NCBI GenBank assembly: GCA_026388765.1
Contig: JAPLJC010000198.1
Span: 1 to 63,175 of the forward strand
Source: Deltaproteobacteria bacterium
GTDB taxonomy: Bacteria; Desulfobacterota; Desulfobaccia; Desulfobaccales; 0-14-0-80-60-11
Length of the DNA stretch: 63,175 nucleotides
Direction of reading: 5' to 3'
Positions 1 through 8,024 of this stretch are shown in pieces (positions within the stretch are counted from its first letter, which is position 1; each line of letters begins with the position of its first letter). The translations under genes and the position numbers were made by a program. The notes beneath the pieces are model-generated. The model made no database searches, had not been told where the DNA came from, and saw only the letters and a list, made by a program, of their open reading frames with translations.

Positions 1-1024
1 ACTTGATGCCGCCGTCGGCCACCAGCGGGATATCGGCCTCGCGGGCCACCTTGGCGCAATCCAGGATGGCGCTGAGCTGGGGCACCCCCACCCCGGCGAT
101 CACCCGGGTAGTGCAGATGGAGCCGGGTCCCACCCCGATCTTGACCGCGTCGGCCCCGGCCTTGATCAGGTCCCGGGCCCCTTCAGCGGTGGCCACGTTC
201 CCGGCAATAAGCTCGATCTGGGGAAAATTGCGCTTGGTGTGGGCCACCGCCGCCAACACCCGGTCGGAGTGGCCGTGGGCCGTGTCGATCACGATAACGT
301 CCACCCCGGCGTTGAGCAGGGCGCTGACCCGCTCTTCCTGGTCCGGGCCCACCCCTATGGCGGCTCCGACCCGCAGGCGGCCGAATTCGTCCTTGCAGGA
401 CCAGGGATATTTACGGATCTTTTCGATATCCTTGATGGTGATGAGGCCGTGCAGTTCGCCGTTGTCATCCACCACCAGCAGCTTTTCGATGCGGTATTTA
501 TGGAGCAGGGCCTTGGACTCCTCCAGGGTGATGCCCACCTTGGCGGTGACTAGGCGCTCCTTGGTCATCACCTCTTTGACCTTATTATTCAGGTTGGTTT
601 CGAAGCGCAGGTCCCGGTTGGTGACGATGCCCACCAGTTTGCGCCCATCCACCACCGGAATCCCGGAGATGCGGTAGCGCTGCATCAGTTGCAGGACGTC
701 GGCGATGCGGGCCTCGGGGCCGATGGTCACCGGATCGATGATCATCCCGGACTCCGATTTCTTTACCTTTTCGACTTCCAGGGCTTGGGCCGCGGGGGTC
801 ATATTACGGTGCAGGATGCCGATACCCCCCTGGCGAGCCATGGAGATGGCGGTCTCCGCCTCGGTGACGGTGTCCATGGCGGAACTGAGCAGCGGGACAT
901 TGAGGCTGATGCGCCGGGTGAGGCGGGTGGTGAGGTCCACCTCGCTGGGTAGGACCGCGGAAGCCCCGGGCAGGAGCAGCAGGTCATCGAAGGTATAGGC
1001 GTAAGCAACGGCGTCTGAGGTCAT
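1..1024 (-). CDS. guaB: IMP dehydrogenase, N-terminal ~340 aa (3' end leaves the window)
   Basis: This minus-strand frame is not in the ORF track because it exits the window. From ATG 1024 it reads [20 protein letters not shown]. It has a CBS pair ([24 protein letters not shown]) and the catalytic loop [13 protein letters not shown], and ends [10 protein letters not shown] at base 1. AAGGA SD upstream. Confidence 0.93.
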   Translation of the reverse strand, partial: MTSDAVAYAYTFDDLLLLPGASAVLPSEVDLTTRLTRRISLNVPLLSSAMDTVTEAETAISMARQGGIGILHRNMTPAAQALEVEKVKKSESGMIIDPVTIGPEARIADVLQLMQRYRISGIPVVDGRKLVGIVTNRDLRFETNLNNKVKEVMTKERLVTAKVGITLEESKALLHKYRIEKLLVVDDNGELHGLITIKDIEKIRKYPWSCKDEFGRLRVGAAIGVGPDQEERVSALLNAGVDVIVIDTAHGHSDRVLAAVAHTKRNFPQIELIAGNVATAEGARDLIKAGADAVKIGVGPGSICTTRVIAGVGVPQLSAILDCAKVAREADIPLVADGGIK

Positions 1025-1033
1025 GGTAAGTCC

Positions 1034-1189
1034 TTGAGTTTCGAGTTTTTAGTTTTTTAATTCAATAGCTTCGGGCTTAGGCTTTTAAAGAAAAACTAAC
1101 TCCTGCAAAATATAAGTCAATCTAATCTGATTATTTTAACTCAAAACTCAAAACTCGAAACTCGAAACTTCACTTAAAACTCAAAACTT
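1034..1189. repeat. Inverted blocks of AAACTC(A/G) heptamer-type repeats flanking the guaB upstream region
   Basis: 1034-1058 reads ttgagtttcgagtttttagtttttt. 1138-1189 reads aactcaaaactcaaaactcgaaactcgaaactt...aaaactcaaaactt, its reverse-complement motif. Related copies lie at 14043-14055 and 51939-51960. Confidence 0.7.
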
Positions 1190-2130
1190 GCCAGCACCCC
1201 TTCCAGCAAGCCGGCGTCGATGGCCACCAGGGAGTCCCGGCTGAAGACTTCGAGGATGGTAAGGATAATCAAGGCCCCGGCCACCATAACCTTGGCCTTG
1301 GCGGGCTCAAGGCCCGGGAGCCTAACCCGTTCCGCCTCCGGCAGCCGGGAGATGAGCCCGGTCAGTTCCTCCACCTGGGCCCGGGTCAGGACCAGGTTAT
1401 TTACCCGGTCCGCCTCGTATGCTGTCAACTTCAAATGCATGGCCGCCAGGGTGGTCACCGCGCCCGCGGTGCCAACCAGGCGCGCCGAGCCCATTAAATC
1501 CGGGGGAAAAGTCCGATCCCGGAGGCGGCCCAATCTTTGGGAAAGTTCCTGATGCAGGACCTCAACTTTTTTGGGCTCCGGCGGGTCGCCCAGAGGATGG
1601 GCCTGACTCAGGGTGAGGACCCCGAGGGGCAGGCTGGCGAACCTGGGTTCCAGTCCCGGGCGCACCAGGGCAAACTCGGAGCTGCCGCCGCCCACATCGC
1701 AGACCAGGATGGAGCGTTCCAGGTATCTTGGGGCCAGGGCCGAGAGAACCCCCTGGAGGGACAGGCGGGCCTCCTCCTCTGGGGAGAGGACCTCCACCGT
1801 CAAGCCCAGGGAGACCCGAAGCTGCGCCAGGAAGGCAGGGGCATTCCGGGCGACCCGCACTGCGTGGGTGGCCACTATCCGGACTTTCTCAACCTGATAG
1901 TCTGCCAGCACCTGACAAAAAACCTTAAGGGCCTGGAAGGTGCGGTCCATCCCCTCCGGGGCCAGTTCCCCGGTCTCGGCCAGACCCTGGCCCAGGCTGG
2001 TGATTTCCCGGTAATGGGCCAGAATCCGAAATCCCTGGAGACCACCTGGTTCCGCCACTGCCAGGCGCACGGTGAGGCTGCCCAGGTCGAGCGCGGCAAT
2101 GTGGCGGGGTCCTGTATCGGCCTGGGTCAT
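1174..2130 (-). CDS. Ppx/GppA-family phosphatase (exopolyphosphatase-like)
   Basis: 318-aa ORF with actin-like ATPase-fold motifs IAALDLGSLTVRLAV and VCDVGGGSSEF, typical of Ppx/GppA. Confidence 0.85.
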   Translation of the reverse strand: MTQADTGPRHIAALDLGSLTVRLAVAEPGGLQGFRILAHYREITSLGQGLAETGELAPEGMDRTFQALKVFCQVLADYQVEKVRIVATHAVRVARNAPAFLAQLRVSLGLTVEVLSPEEEARLSLQGVLSALAPRYLERSILVCDVGGGSSEFALVRPGLEPRFASLPLGVLTLSQAHPLGDPPEPKKVEVLHQELSQRLGRLRDRTFPPDLMGSARLVGTAGAVTTLAAMHLKLTAYEADRVNNLVLTRAQVEELTGLISRLPEAERVRLPGLEPAKAKVMVAGALIILTILEVFSRDSLVAIDAGLLEGVLASFEF

Positions 2131-2192
2131 TTTAAAACTTCATTCGGCGGCCAAAGGCCGCCATAGGTCCGCGGGGCACTAGTTCTCCCCTA

Positions 2193-2717
2193 CTACTTCT
2201 CCAGGACAAAAATCTCCGGCAGGGTGCGCTGTTTTTCCCCGCAGTCGAGGCCGTAGCCCACCAGGAAGCCTTGCTCCACGACAAAGCCGACGTAATCCAG
2301 GGGCACGTCGATCTCCCGCCGTTCCCGCTTATCAATCAGACAACAGATCTTCAAGGATTTGGGCAGGTGCGTGGCGAGATGCTGCCTTAAAAAGCCCAGG
2401 GTGAAGCCGAGGTCCATAATATCTTCCACGATCAGGACATCCCGGCCCTTGAGCGGCAACTCCACATCCTTGCTGATATGCACTTCGCCGGTGGGGCTGG
2501 TACCGCCGCCGTAGCTGCTCAGACGGACAAAATCGATTTCCACCGGGAAGCTGAGTTCCCGCACCAAATCGGCCAAAAAAATGAAGGCGCCTTTCAGGAC
2601 CCCAACCAGCACCAGGTCGCAACCCTGGTAATCCCGGCTGAGGTCCGCGGCCAATTCCTGCACCCGCCGGGCAATGTCTTCCCGGGAAATGAGGCAACGT
2701 TTTTGGGTACCCATCAT
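2193..2717 (-). CDS. hpt: hypoxanthine phosphoribosyltransferase
   Basis: 174 aa. Has LVLVGVLKGAFIFLADLVREL and the PRPP loop VLIVEDIMDLGFTL. Confidence 0.9.
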   Translation of the reverse strand: MMGTQKRCLISREDIARRVQELAADLSRDYQGCDLVLVGVLKGAFIFLADLVRELSFPVEIDFVRLSSYGGGTSPTGEVHISKDVELPLKGRDVLIVEDIMDLGFTLGFLRQHLATHLPKSLKICCLIDKRERREIDVPLDYVGFVVEQGFLVGYGLDCGEKQRTLPEIFVLEK

Positions 2718-2829
2718 CTTCCCCCTCCAAGGCTAAAAAATAGAAAAAGCGGCGAAGGTTGTCAAACCATAAATAGAGGAGCCACAGATTTGCCGCCGCC
2801 TTGACCCGGCGCCCGCATAATCTGGCCAG

Positions 2830-2926
2830 TAGGTATTCCTACCTAAACGTAAATAGGCATTTTTACCCATTGTTCAAATATCACCGGTCTTCTATCTTAT
2901 AACCGGAAAATTAAGGTAATTTACCT
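2830..2926. promoter_or_regulatory. Two palindromes with TAGGTA/AGGTAA half-sites upstream of the cytochrome gene
   Basis: TAGGTA-ttcc-TACCTA at 2830-2845 and AGGTAA-t-TTACCT at 2914-2926. The second overlaps a possible -35 (TTTACC-N16-TATACA). The same half-site forms a perfect 16-bp palindrome at 24106-24121. Confidence 0.4.
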
Positions 2927-2987
2927 ATTAATTTATAAGGTTATACAAATTATTATCCAGGTGGAATTCGATTAAGGAGGGGAGGAA

Positions 2988-4844
2988 ATGCGTCATCAAG
3001 GAAGAATGGCATGGGTGGCCATGGCCCTCAGCATCTTTCTGGCACTTAACGGCTGGGCCCTGGCAGCCCCGGCGCCGCAAGCAGGCTCCGGGGACAACGG
3101 CTATAAGGTCTTCGCCTTTAATGACCTGGGGATGCACTGTTATGACAATGATTTTTCAGTCTTTTCACTACTGCCGCTCTTCAATGTGGTTCACGCCCAG
3201 GTAGTGAACAAAGGGCTCAAACCCATACTATTGACCGACTCCACCGTAAAGGTGACCTATGCCGCCACCCCTGATCCCTCTGGCTCCATCAACACCACCA
3301 GCAACGGCAAAACCAATTTTTGGACCTATATCGCCAAGCTTTTCGGATCCAGCTTCAATAATTGGCCCCTGGATGTGGGAATCCTGGGGGCCAAGATGCC
3401 CAGTGATAACTATGGGCCCCAGGCCATGATGCCTTACGACTCGACTTATAACTGGTTCAGCGGCACCGGCATTCCTCAGACCAACATCGATGATGCGGGC
3501 CACGTCAATTGCCTTCCCATGATGAGAATTCGAGCCCAGAATAACGCCGGCCTGCTGCCGAGTAATTCCCTGGATATCGTGGTGCCTTGCTCCAGCGAAA
3601 TGAACTGCGCCTCTTGCCACGAAACCGCCGCCTTTGTCGTCCCCGGCGTCACCGCCTGCGACGCCTCGCCGCCTCCCCGGCTCACTACGCTGACCCCCAC
3701 GGATTTCAGTTATAATCTTAACCCCACCCTTCGGTTCCGGCAGAATATTTTACTCCTGCACGATGCCCTGAGCCAGACCAATCTGGTGGCCCAATACGAT
3801 GCCGGGAACCCCATCCTGTGCGCCTCCTGCCATTATTCCAAGGCCCTGGACCTGGCGGGCAACAACCAGCCCACCGGCGCTCAGGTGGGGCATCTTTATC
3901 TCTCCTGGGCCATGCACAAGCACCACGGCACCGCCTGGCCGATGATGGACGGCACCTATGTCATCCCGATTCCCGGAGCTTACACTACTCCGGCAGCGCC
4001 GTCGGAATGCTACTATTGCCATCCCGGCAACGACACCCAGTGCTTGCGCAGCGTCATGGCGGTCCAGGGCGTGTCCTGCCAGAACTGCCACGGCGACCTG
4101 CTGGCGATCGGGGGCTTCACGCCACAATTGGCCGTGCCGGGATTCGTAGATCCCTATCTCCCAAACGTCAACGACCCGTCGCTGGTGGTCAATCTAACCA
4201 CCACCGGGGCCCAAAGGCGGCCCTGGCAGGATATGCCCAAGTGCCAATCCTGCCATACCGGTGACGCCCTCAACCACCTAGGCCCCAGTATCGTTGGCAT
4301 GCAAGCCTATGATGCCGCTGACCCGGCGGCCACCCCCTTCATCGCCACCAACCAGCGATTTGCCGAGACTCCCGGCCAGCTTTACCGCTTCAGCGGGACT
4401 CACGGCGGTATGGCCTGCGAATCCTGCCATGGCAGTCCCCACGCCGAATGGCCGGCCAGGATCAACGCCAACGACAATATCACCGCCACCCAACTCCAGG
4501 GCCACACCGGGGAAATCGCCGAGTGCGGGGTCTGCCACCAGGACCTCAGCCCCGGTCTGGGCGGGCCGCACGGCCTGCACAACGTCAATGATCCGGGCTG
4601 GATGGCCCAGCACGGCGCCTTCCTGCGGCAAAATCGCAACTCCTGTAAGGCCTGTCACGGCCTGGATCTGCATGGCACGGCCTTGAGCCGGGCCAAGGCC
4701 GACCGGACCTTGGCCCGGAGCATTAGTCTGGGCGGGGTGGTCAACATCAGCGCGGGAACCCCGGTAGACTGCTACGCCTGCCATACCACAATCAAGTTTG
4801 GGGATATTAGCGCACTCGTGAACTTGCTTCTGAATGACGAATGA
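2988..4844 (+). CDS. secreted multiheme (nine CxxCH) c-type cytochrome with a heme-free N-terminal region
   Basis: Strong SD (AAGGAGGGGAGG) and signal peptide MAWVAMALSIFLALNGWALA. Nine CxxCH motifs (CASCH x2, CYYCH, CQNCH, CQSCH, CESCH, CGVCH, CKACH, CYACH), all after about residue 205. Confidence 0.85.
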   Translation: MRHQGRMAWVAMALSIFLALNGWALAAPAPQAGSGDNGYKVFAFNDLGMHCYDNDFSVFSLLPLFNVVHAQVVNKGLKPILLTDSTVKVTYAATPDPSGSINTTSNGKTNFWTYIAKLFGSSFNNWPLDVGILGAKMPSDNYGPQAMMPYDSTYNWFSGTGIPQTNIDDAGHVNCLPMMRIRAQNNAGLLPSNSLDIVVPCSSEMNCASCHETAAFVVPGVTACDASPPPRLTTLTPTDFSYNLNPTLRFRQNILLLHDALSQTNLVAQYDAGNPILCASCHYSKALDLAGNNQPTGAQVGHLYLSWAMHKHHGTAWPMMDGTYVIPIPGAYTTPAAPSECYYCHPGNDTQCLRSVMAVQGVSCQNCHGDLLAIGGFTPQLAVPGFVDPYLPNVNDPSLVVNLTTTGAQRRPWQDMPKCQSCHTGDALNHLGPSIVGMQAYDAADPAATPFIATNQRFAETPGQLYRFSGTHGGMACESCHGSPHAEWPARINANDNITATQLQGHTGEIAECGVCHQDLSPGLGGPHGLHNVNDPGWMAQHGAFLRQNRNSCKACHGLDLHGTALSRAKADRTLARSISLGGVVNISAGTPVDCYACHTTIKFGDISALVNLLLNDE

Positions 4845-4919
4845 ACCCCTCATTTCCGAGACTTGAACCACCCGTTATTCCGGAGTTGCCCTAAGTCCCG
4901 GAAACCTCTAATAAACTAA

Positions 4920-4957
4920 GGAGGGCGGCCTGCTAGCCGCCCTCCCCATTTTATTTT
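4920..4957. terminator. bidirectional rho-independent terminator between convergent genes
   Basis: GGAGGGCGGC-ctgcta-GCCGCCCTCC followed by CCATTTTATTTT on plus. On minus the hairpin is followed by TTAGTTTATT. Confidence 0.8.
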
Positions 4958-4981
4958 AGTCCTGGCCAACCCGGTTGAAGT

Positions 4982-6349
4982 CTACCAGTTCACCCGCAAG
5001 TTGTACTTCTCAATCTTGTTGCTCAAGGTCTTGCGGTTGATTCCCAGGATACGGGCGGCGTCCTGGCGGCGACCCTTGGTGCGGCGCAGGACAAACTGAA
5101 TATAGCGTTTCTCCAGGTCCTCCAGGGTGTGGTCCTCTTCGGTAAAGACCTGGAACTCCCCCTGGCGCTGGGAAATGAAACTGGGCAGATGCTCCGGCTG
5201 GATGATATCGGCGTCTTCCAGGATGACGATGCGTTCGATGGTATGCTCCAGTTCCCGGACATTACCCGGCCAGGCATAGGCGCTCAACATCTTCATGGCC
5301 GCCGGCGAAATCCCGGTGACCTCCCGGTTGCCTTTCTGGTTGTATTTGGGCAGAAAATGTTCCACCAGCAGGGGAATGTCCCCGCGGCGTTCCCGCAAGG
5401 GAGGCAGAAGGATGGGGATGACGCTGAGGCGGTAGAAGAGATCTTCCCGGAAGCTGCCGGCTTTGACCGCCTCATTCAGGTCCCGGTTGGAGGAAGCGAT
5501 GATGCGGATGTCCAGCTTGATGCGCTTCTGGCTGCCCACCTGCATGAACTCCCGCTCCTGGATCACCCTGAGAAGCTTGGCCTGGATGTTGAGGCTGAGA
5601 TTGGTGATCTCATCGAAGAAAAAGGTGCCGTGATTGGCCAGTTCGAACAGGCCGTGCTTGGTCTGATGGGCCCCGGTGAAGGAGCCTTTGACGTGGCCGA
5701 AGAGTTCGGACTCCAGCAGGGTTTCCACCAGGGCGGAACAGTCCACCGGCACGAATTCCTGGTCCCGACGGGAGCTGAGGAGGTGGATGGCCCGGGCCGC
5801 CAGTTCCTTGCCGGTGCCGCTTTCTCCGGTTAAAAGCACGGTGCTGTCGCTGGGCGCGGCCCGCCGAATCTTGGCGAAGACCTTTTTCATGGCCGGAGAC
5901 TCGCCGATGATAAACTCGAAGCCCTCCCGGCCGGCCTCCGGTTCCCCCGGTTCCTGACGGGCCCTTTGTCCCCGATGGTCCAGAGCCTTCCGAACCACCG
6001 CCTCCAAATCATCGATGCGGAAAGGCTTCACCAGGTAGTCGAGAGCCCCGTGCTTGATGCACTCCACGGCGCCCTGAATGCTGGGGAAGCCGGTGATCAT
6101 GATGACTTCGGTCCCCGGATAATCCTGGCGGAGACGCTGCAGCACCTCCAGGCCGTCCAGGTCCGGCATTTTGATGTCCAGGAGAACAATGGCGTAAGGC
6201 CTCCGGGCCATCATCTCCAGGGCCAGCAACCCCCCGGCCGCCATGGCCACCTTGAGGCCCAGCCTGGACAATACCTGGGCGATACCGGTGCGAATGGCAT
6301 CTTCGTCGTCCACCACCAGGATCTGTTTATTAGGGTCATTCTCCCGCAT
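4982..6349 (-). CDS. sigma-54-dependent response regulator (NtrC family bEBP)
   Basis: REC ([22 protein letters not shown]), AAA+ ([14 protein letters not shown] loop) and C-terminal Fis-type HTH ([12 protein letters not shown]). The ORF-track start at 6370 is TTG; ATG at 6349 (MRENDPNKQ) is preferred. It overlaps the upstream kinase gene. Confidence 0.9.
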   Translation of the reverse strand: MRENDPNKQILVVDDEDAIRTGIAQVLSRLGLKVAMAAGGLLALEMMARRPYAIVLLDIKMPDLDGLEVLQRLRQDYPGTEVIMITGFPSIQGAVECIKHGALDYLVKPFRIDDLEAVVRKALDHRGQRARQEPGEPEAGREGFEFIIGESPAMKKVFAKIRRAAPSDSTVLLTGESGTGKELAARAIHLLSSRRDQEFVPVDCSALVETLLESELFGHVKGSFTGAHQTKHGLFELANHGTFFFDEITNLSLNIQAKLLRVIQEREFMQVGSQKRIKLDIRIIASSNRDLNEAVKAGSFREDLFYRLSVIPILLPPLRERRGDIPLLVEHFLPKYNQKGNREVTGISPAAMKMLSAYAWPGNVRELEHTIERIVILEDADIIQPEHLPSFISQRQGEFQVFTEEDHTLEDLEKRYIQFVLRRTKGRRQDAARILGINRKTLSNKIEKYNLRVNW

Positions 6350-7838
6350 CGGAACCCTTTGCGTCGGCAATGGTGGGCAGCAAGACCCGGAAAACGGTGC
6401 CCCGGCCCACCTCGCTCTCCACTTCCACCGTGCCCCGGTGCGCCTCCACCAGGCCTTTGACCAGGGACAGTCCCAGACCGGTGCCGATCACCTGCCGGGT
6501 CTTGGGATGTTTGACCCGGTAAAATTTGTCAAAGATTTTGGAAAGCTCCTCGGCTTCGATGCCGATGCCGGTATCTTGCACCCGCACTTCCAGGTAGTCG
6601 CCGTGGGACACCCCCGAGAGGGTAACCTGGCCACCGTCGGGGGAATAATTGATGGCATTGCTCACCAGGTTGGTGAAGATCTCATCCATGCTGCGCCGAT
6701 CGGCGCGGATCAAGGGCAGGACTGCCGGCATCTCCAGGTTCAGGGTCACCCGCTGGGCTTCGGCCCTGGCCCGGAGAAGCTCCACCACCTCCGTCAGCAC
6801 CTCCGCCAGTGGCAAGGGCACCTGCTCCAACTGCACCCGGCCGGCTTCCATCTTGGCAAGGTCCAACAGGTCGTTGATCAGGTCCAGTAGCCCCTGGATC
6901 TTCGCCTGGGCCCGGCTGAGCATTTCGGCCTGCTTGGGGCTCAATTCCCCGGCCAGGCCATCCAGGATCACGGCATGCTGCTGCTTGATGGCAGCCAGCG
7001 GCGCCCGCAGTTCGTGAGAAACCATGCGCACGAAGTCGTTTTTCATCTCATCAAGTTCTTTGAAGCTGGTGATGTCGTGAAAAACGGTGACCGTACCCAG
7101 TACCTGACTATCCGGCCCCATAAACGGGGCTGACAGGGCCCGAAGGTGCACCCGGCTCCGGTCCAACTCCTGGGAGATACATTTATTAGGGTTGCCGGGA
7201 GCCGCCGACAGCAGGTGGTCAATGGCTCCCTTGAGGGCGTCGTCGTCGAGGTACAACTTAAGGGGCCCGGGCTGGGGCAGCGGAGCCTCCAGGGCCAGAA
7301 GCTGTTTGAGGGTGGTGTTGCACAGAACCACCTCCGCCTCCCGGTTGGTCACCAGCACCCCGTCGCCCATGCAGTTGACGATGGTATGCATCCGGCTCTG
7401 CTCCAGGGCCAGGTTATAGAGGTTCCGGGCCTGATCCTCCTGCAGCCGGCGGGTTTGCTCCTGCAATCTCTGCTTTTCCAGGGCCCGGCGCACTACCAGG
7501 ATGAGGTGATCGATACCAAAAGGCTTGGTGATGAAGTCATAGGCCCCCTTCTTCATGCATTCCACCGCATCGGCCACCGTTCCCAGCCCGGTCATGATGA
7601 TCACCGGAATCTCGGGATAGCGGACGCCAGCCTCCTCCAGGACCTCCAGGGCGCCCATCACCGGCATCTTCAGGTCGCAGAGGACTACATTGACCGGCTC
7701 GCTGGCCAACCGTTCCAGGGCCTCCCGGCCATTGGCGGCCGTGATGGGACGGAAGCCTTCGCTCTGCAGCACCCGGCTGCAGCCCTGGCGCAGCACCTCT
7801 TCGTCGTCCACCACAAGGATCGTGCAGTTTTCAGCCAT
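6336..7838 (-). CDS. hybrid receiver-PAS sensor histidine kinase
   Basis: N-terminal REC (ILVVDDEEVLR, LCDLKMPVMG), PAS, H-box SHELRAPLAAI and HATPase (DTGIGI, GTGLGLS). Confidence 0.88.
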   Translation of the reverse strand: MAENCTILVVDDEEVLRQGCSRVLQSEGFRPITAANGREALERLASEPVNVVLCDLKMPVMGALEVLEEAGVRYPEIPVIIMTGLGTVADAVECMKKGAYDFITKPFGIDHLILVVRRALEKQRLQEQTRRLQEDQARNLYNLALEQSRMHTIVNCMGDGVLVTNREAEVVLCNTTLKQLLALEAPLPQPGPLKLYLDDDALKGAIDHLLSAAPGNPNKCISQELDRSRVHLRALSAPFMGPDSQVLGTVTVFHDITSFKELDEMKNDFVRMVSHELRAPLAAIKQQHAVILDGLAGELSPKQAEMLSRAQAKIQGLLDLINDLLDLAKMEAGRVQLEQVPLPLAEVLTEVVELLRARAEAQRVTLNLEMPAVLPLIRADRRSMDEIFTNLVSNAINYSPDGGQVTLSGVSHGDYLEVRVQDTGIGIEAEELSKIFDKFYRVKHPKTRQVIGTGLGLSLVKGLVEAHRGTVEVESEVGRGTVFRVLLPTIADAKGSDAGE

Positions 7839-7851
7839 GGGTCACCTTTGG

Positions 7852-8013
7852 TTAGCTGTCAGCGATAAGCTATCAGCGGTCAGCCAAAGTAAGCTCAGGT
7901 TGCAGGGCATTAAACTTAGTTCTTTAGCTGGTTAGTATTTTTATTTCAGTATTCAAAAATTAAAGCCGCTTTTCTCTGAGAGAAAAAGCTGATTGCTGAT
8001 TACTGACAGCTAA
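7852..8013. repeat. 11-bp inverted repeats (ttagctgtcag / ctgacagctaa) bracketing the intergenic region
   Basis: 7852-7862 is the exact reverse complement of 8003-8013. The interior holds CAGC/GCTGAT-rich low-complexity sequence and the terminator hairpin. Confidence 0.6.
7954..7989 (-). terminator. rho-independent terminator after the PAS kinase gene
   Basis: Minus-strand RNA: GCUUUUUCUC-UCA-GAGAAAAGC hairpin followed by UUUAAUUUUUG. Confidence 0.6.
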
Positions 8014-8024
8014 AAGCTTACTCC

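Noticed and set aside
3-1008. Plus- and minus-strand track ORFs 3-677, 239-553, 689-952, 705-998 and 799-1008.
   Set aside because: Their translations are Arg/Pro/Ser/Thr/Gly-rich and low in information. They lie antisense to, or out of frame with, a clear IMP dehydrogenase frame on the minus strand. They are typical GC-rich shadow ORFs.
2856-2870. Exact 15-mer GGCATTTTTACCCAT shared, in the same orientation relative to the downstream gene, by the cytochrome upstream region (2856-2870) and the MTHFR-operon upstream region (19914-19928, reverse strand). A partial copy ATTTTTACCC lies at 11882-11891.
   Set aside because: A back-of-envelope estimate says a few exact 15-mer matches are expected by chance among all position pairs in 63 kb on both strands. 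Even restricted to AT-rich intergenic DNA the expectation is not negligible. I record it as a possible shared site but not as evidence.
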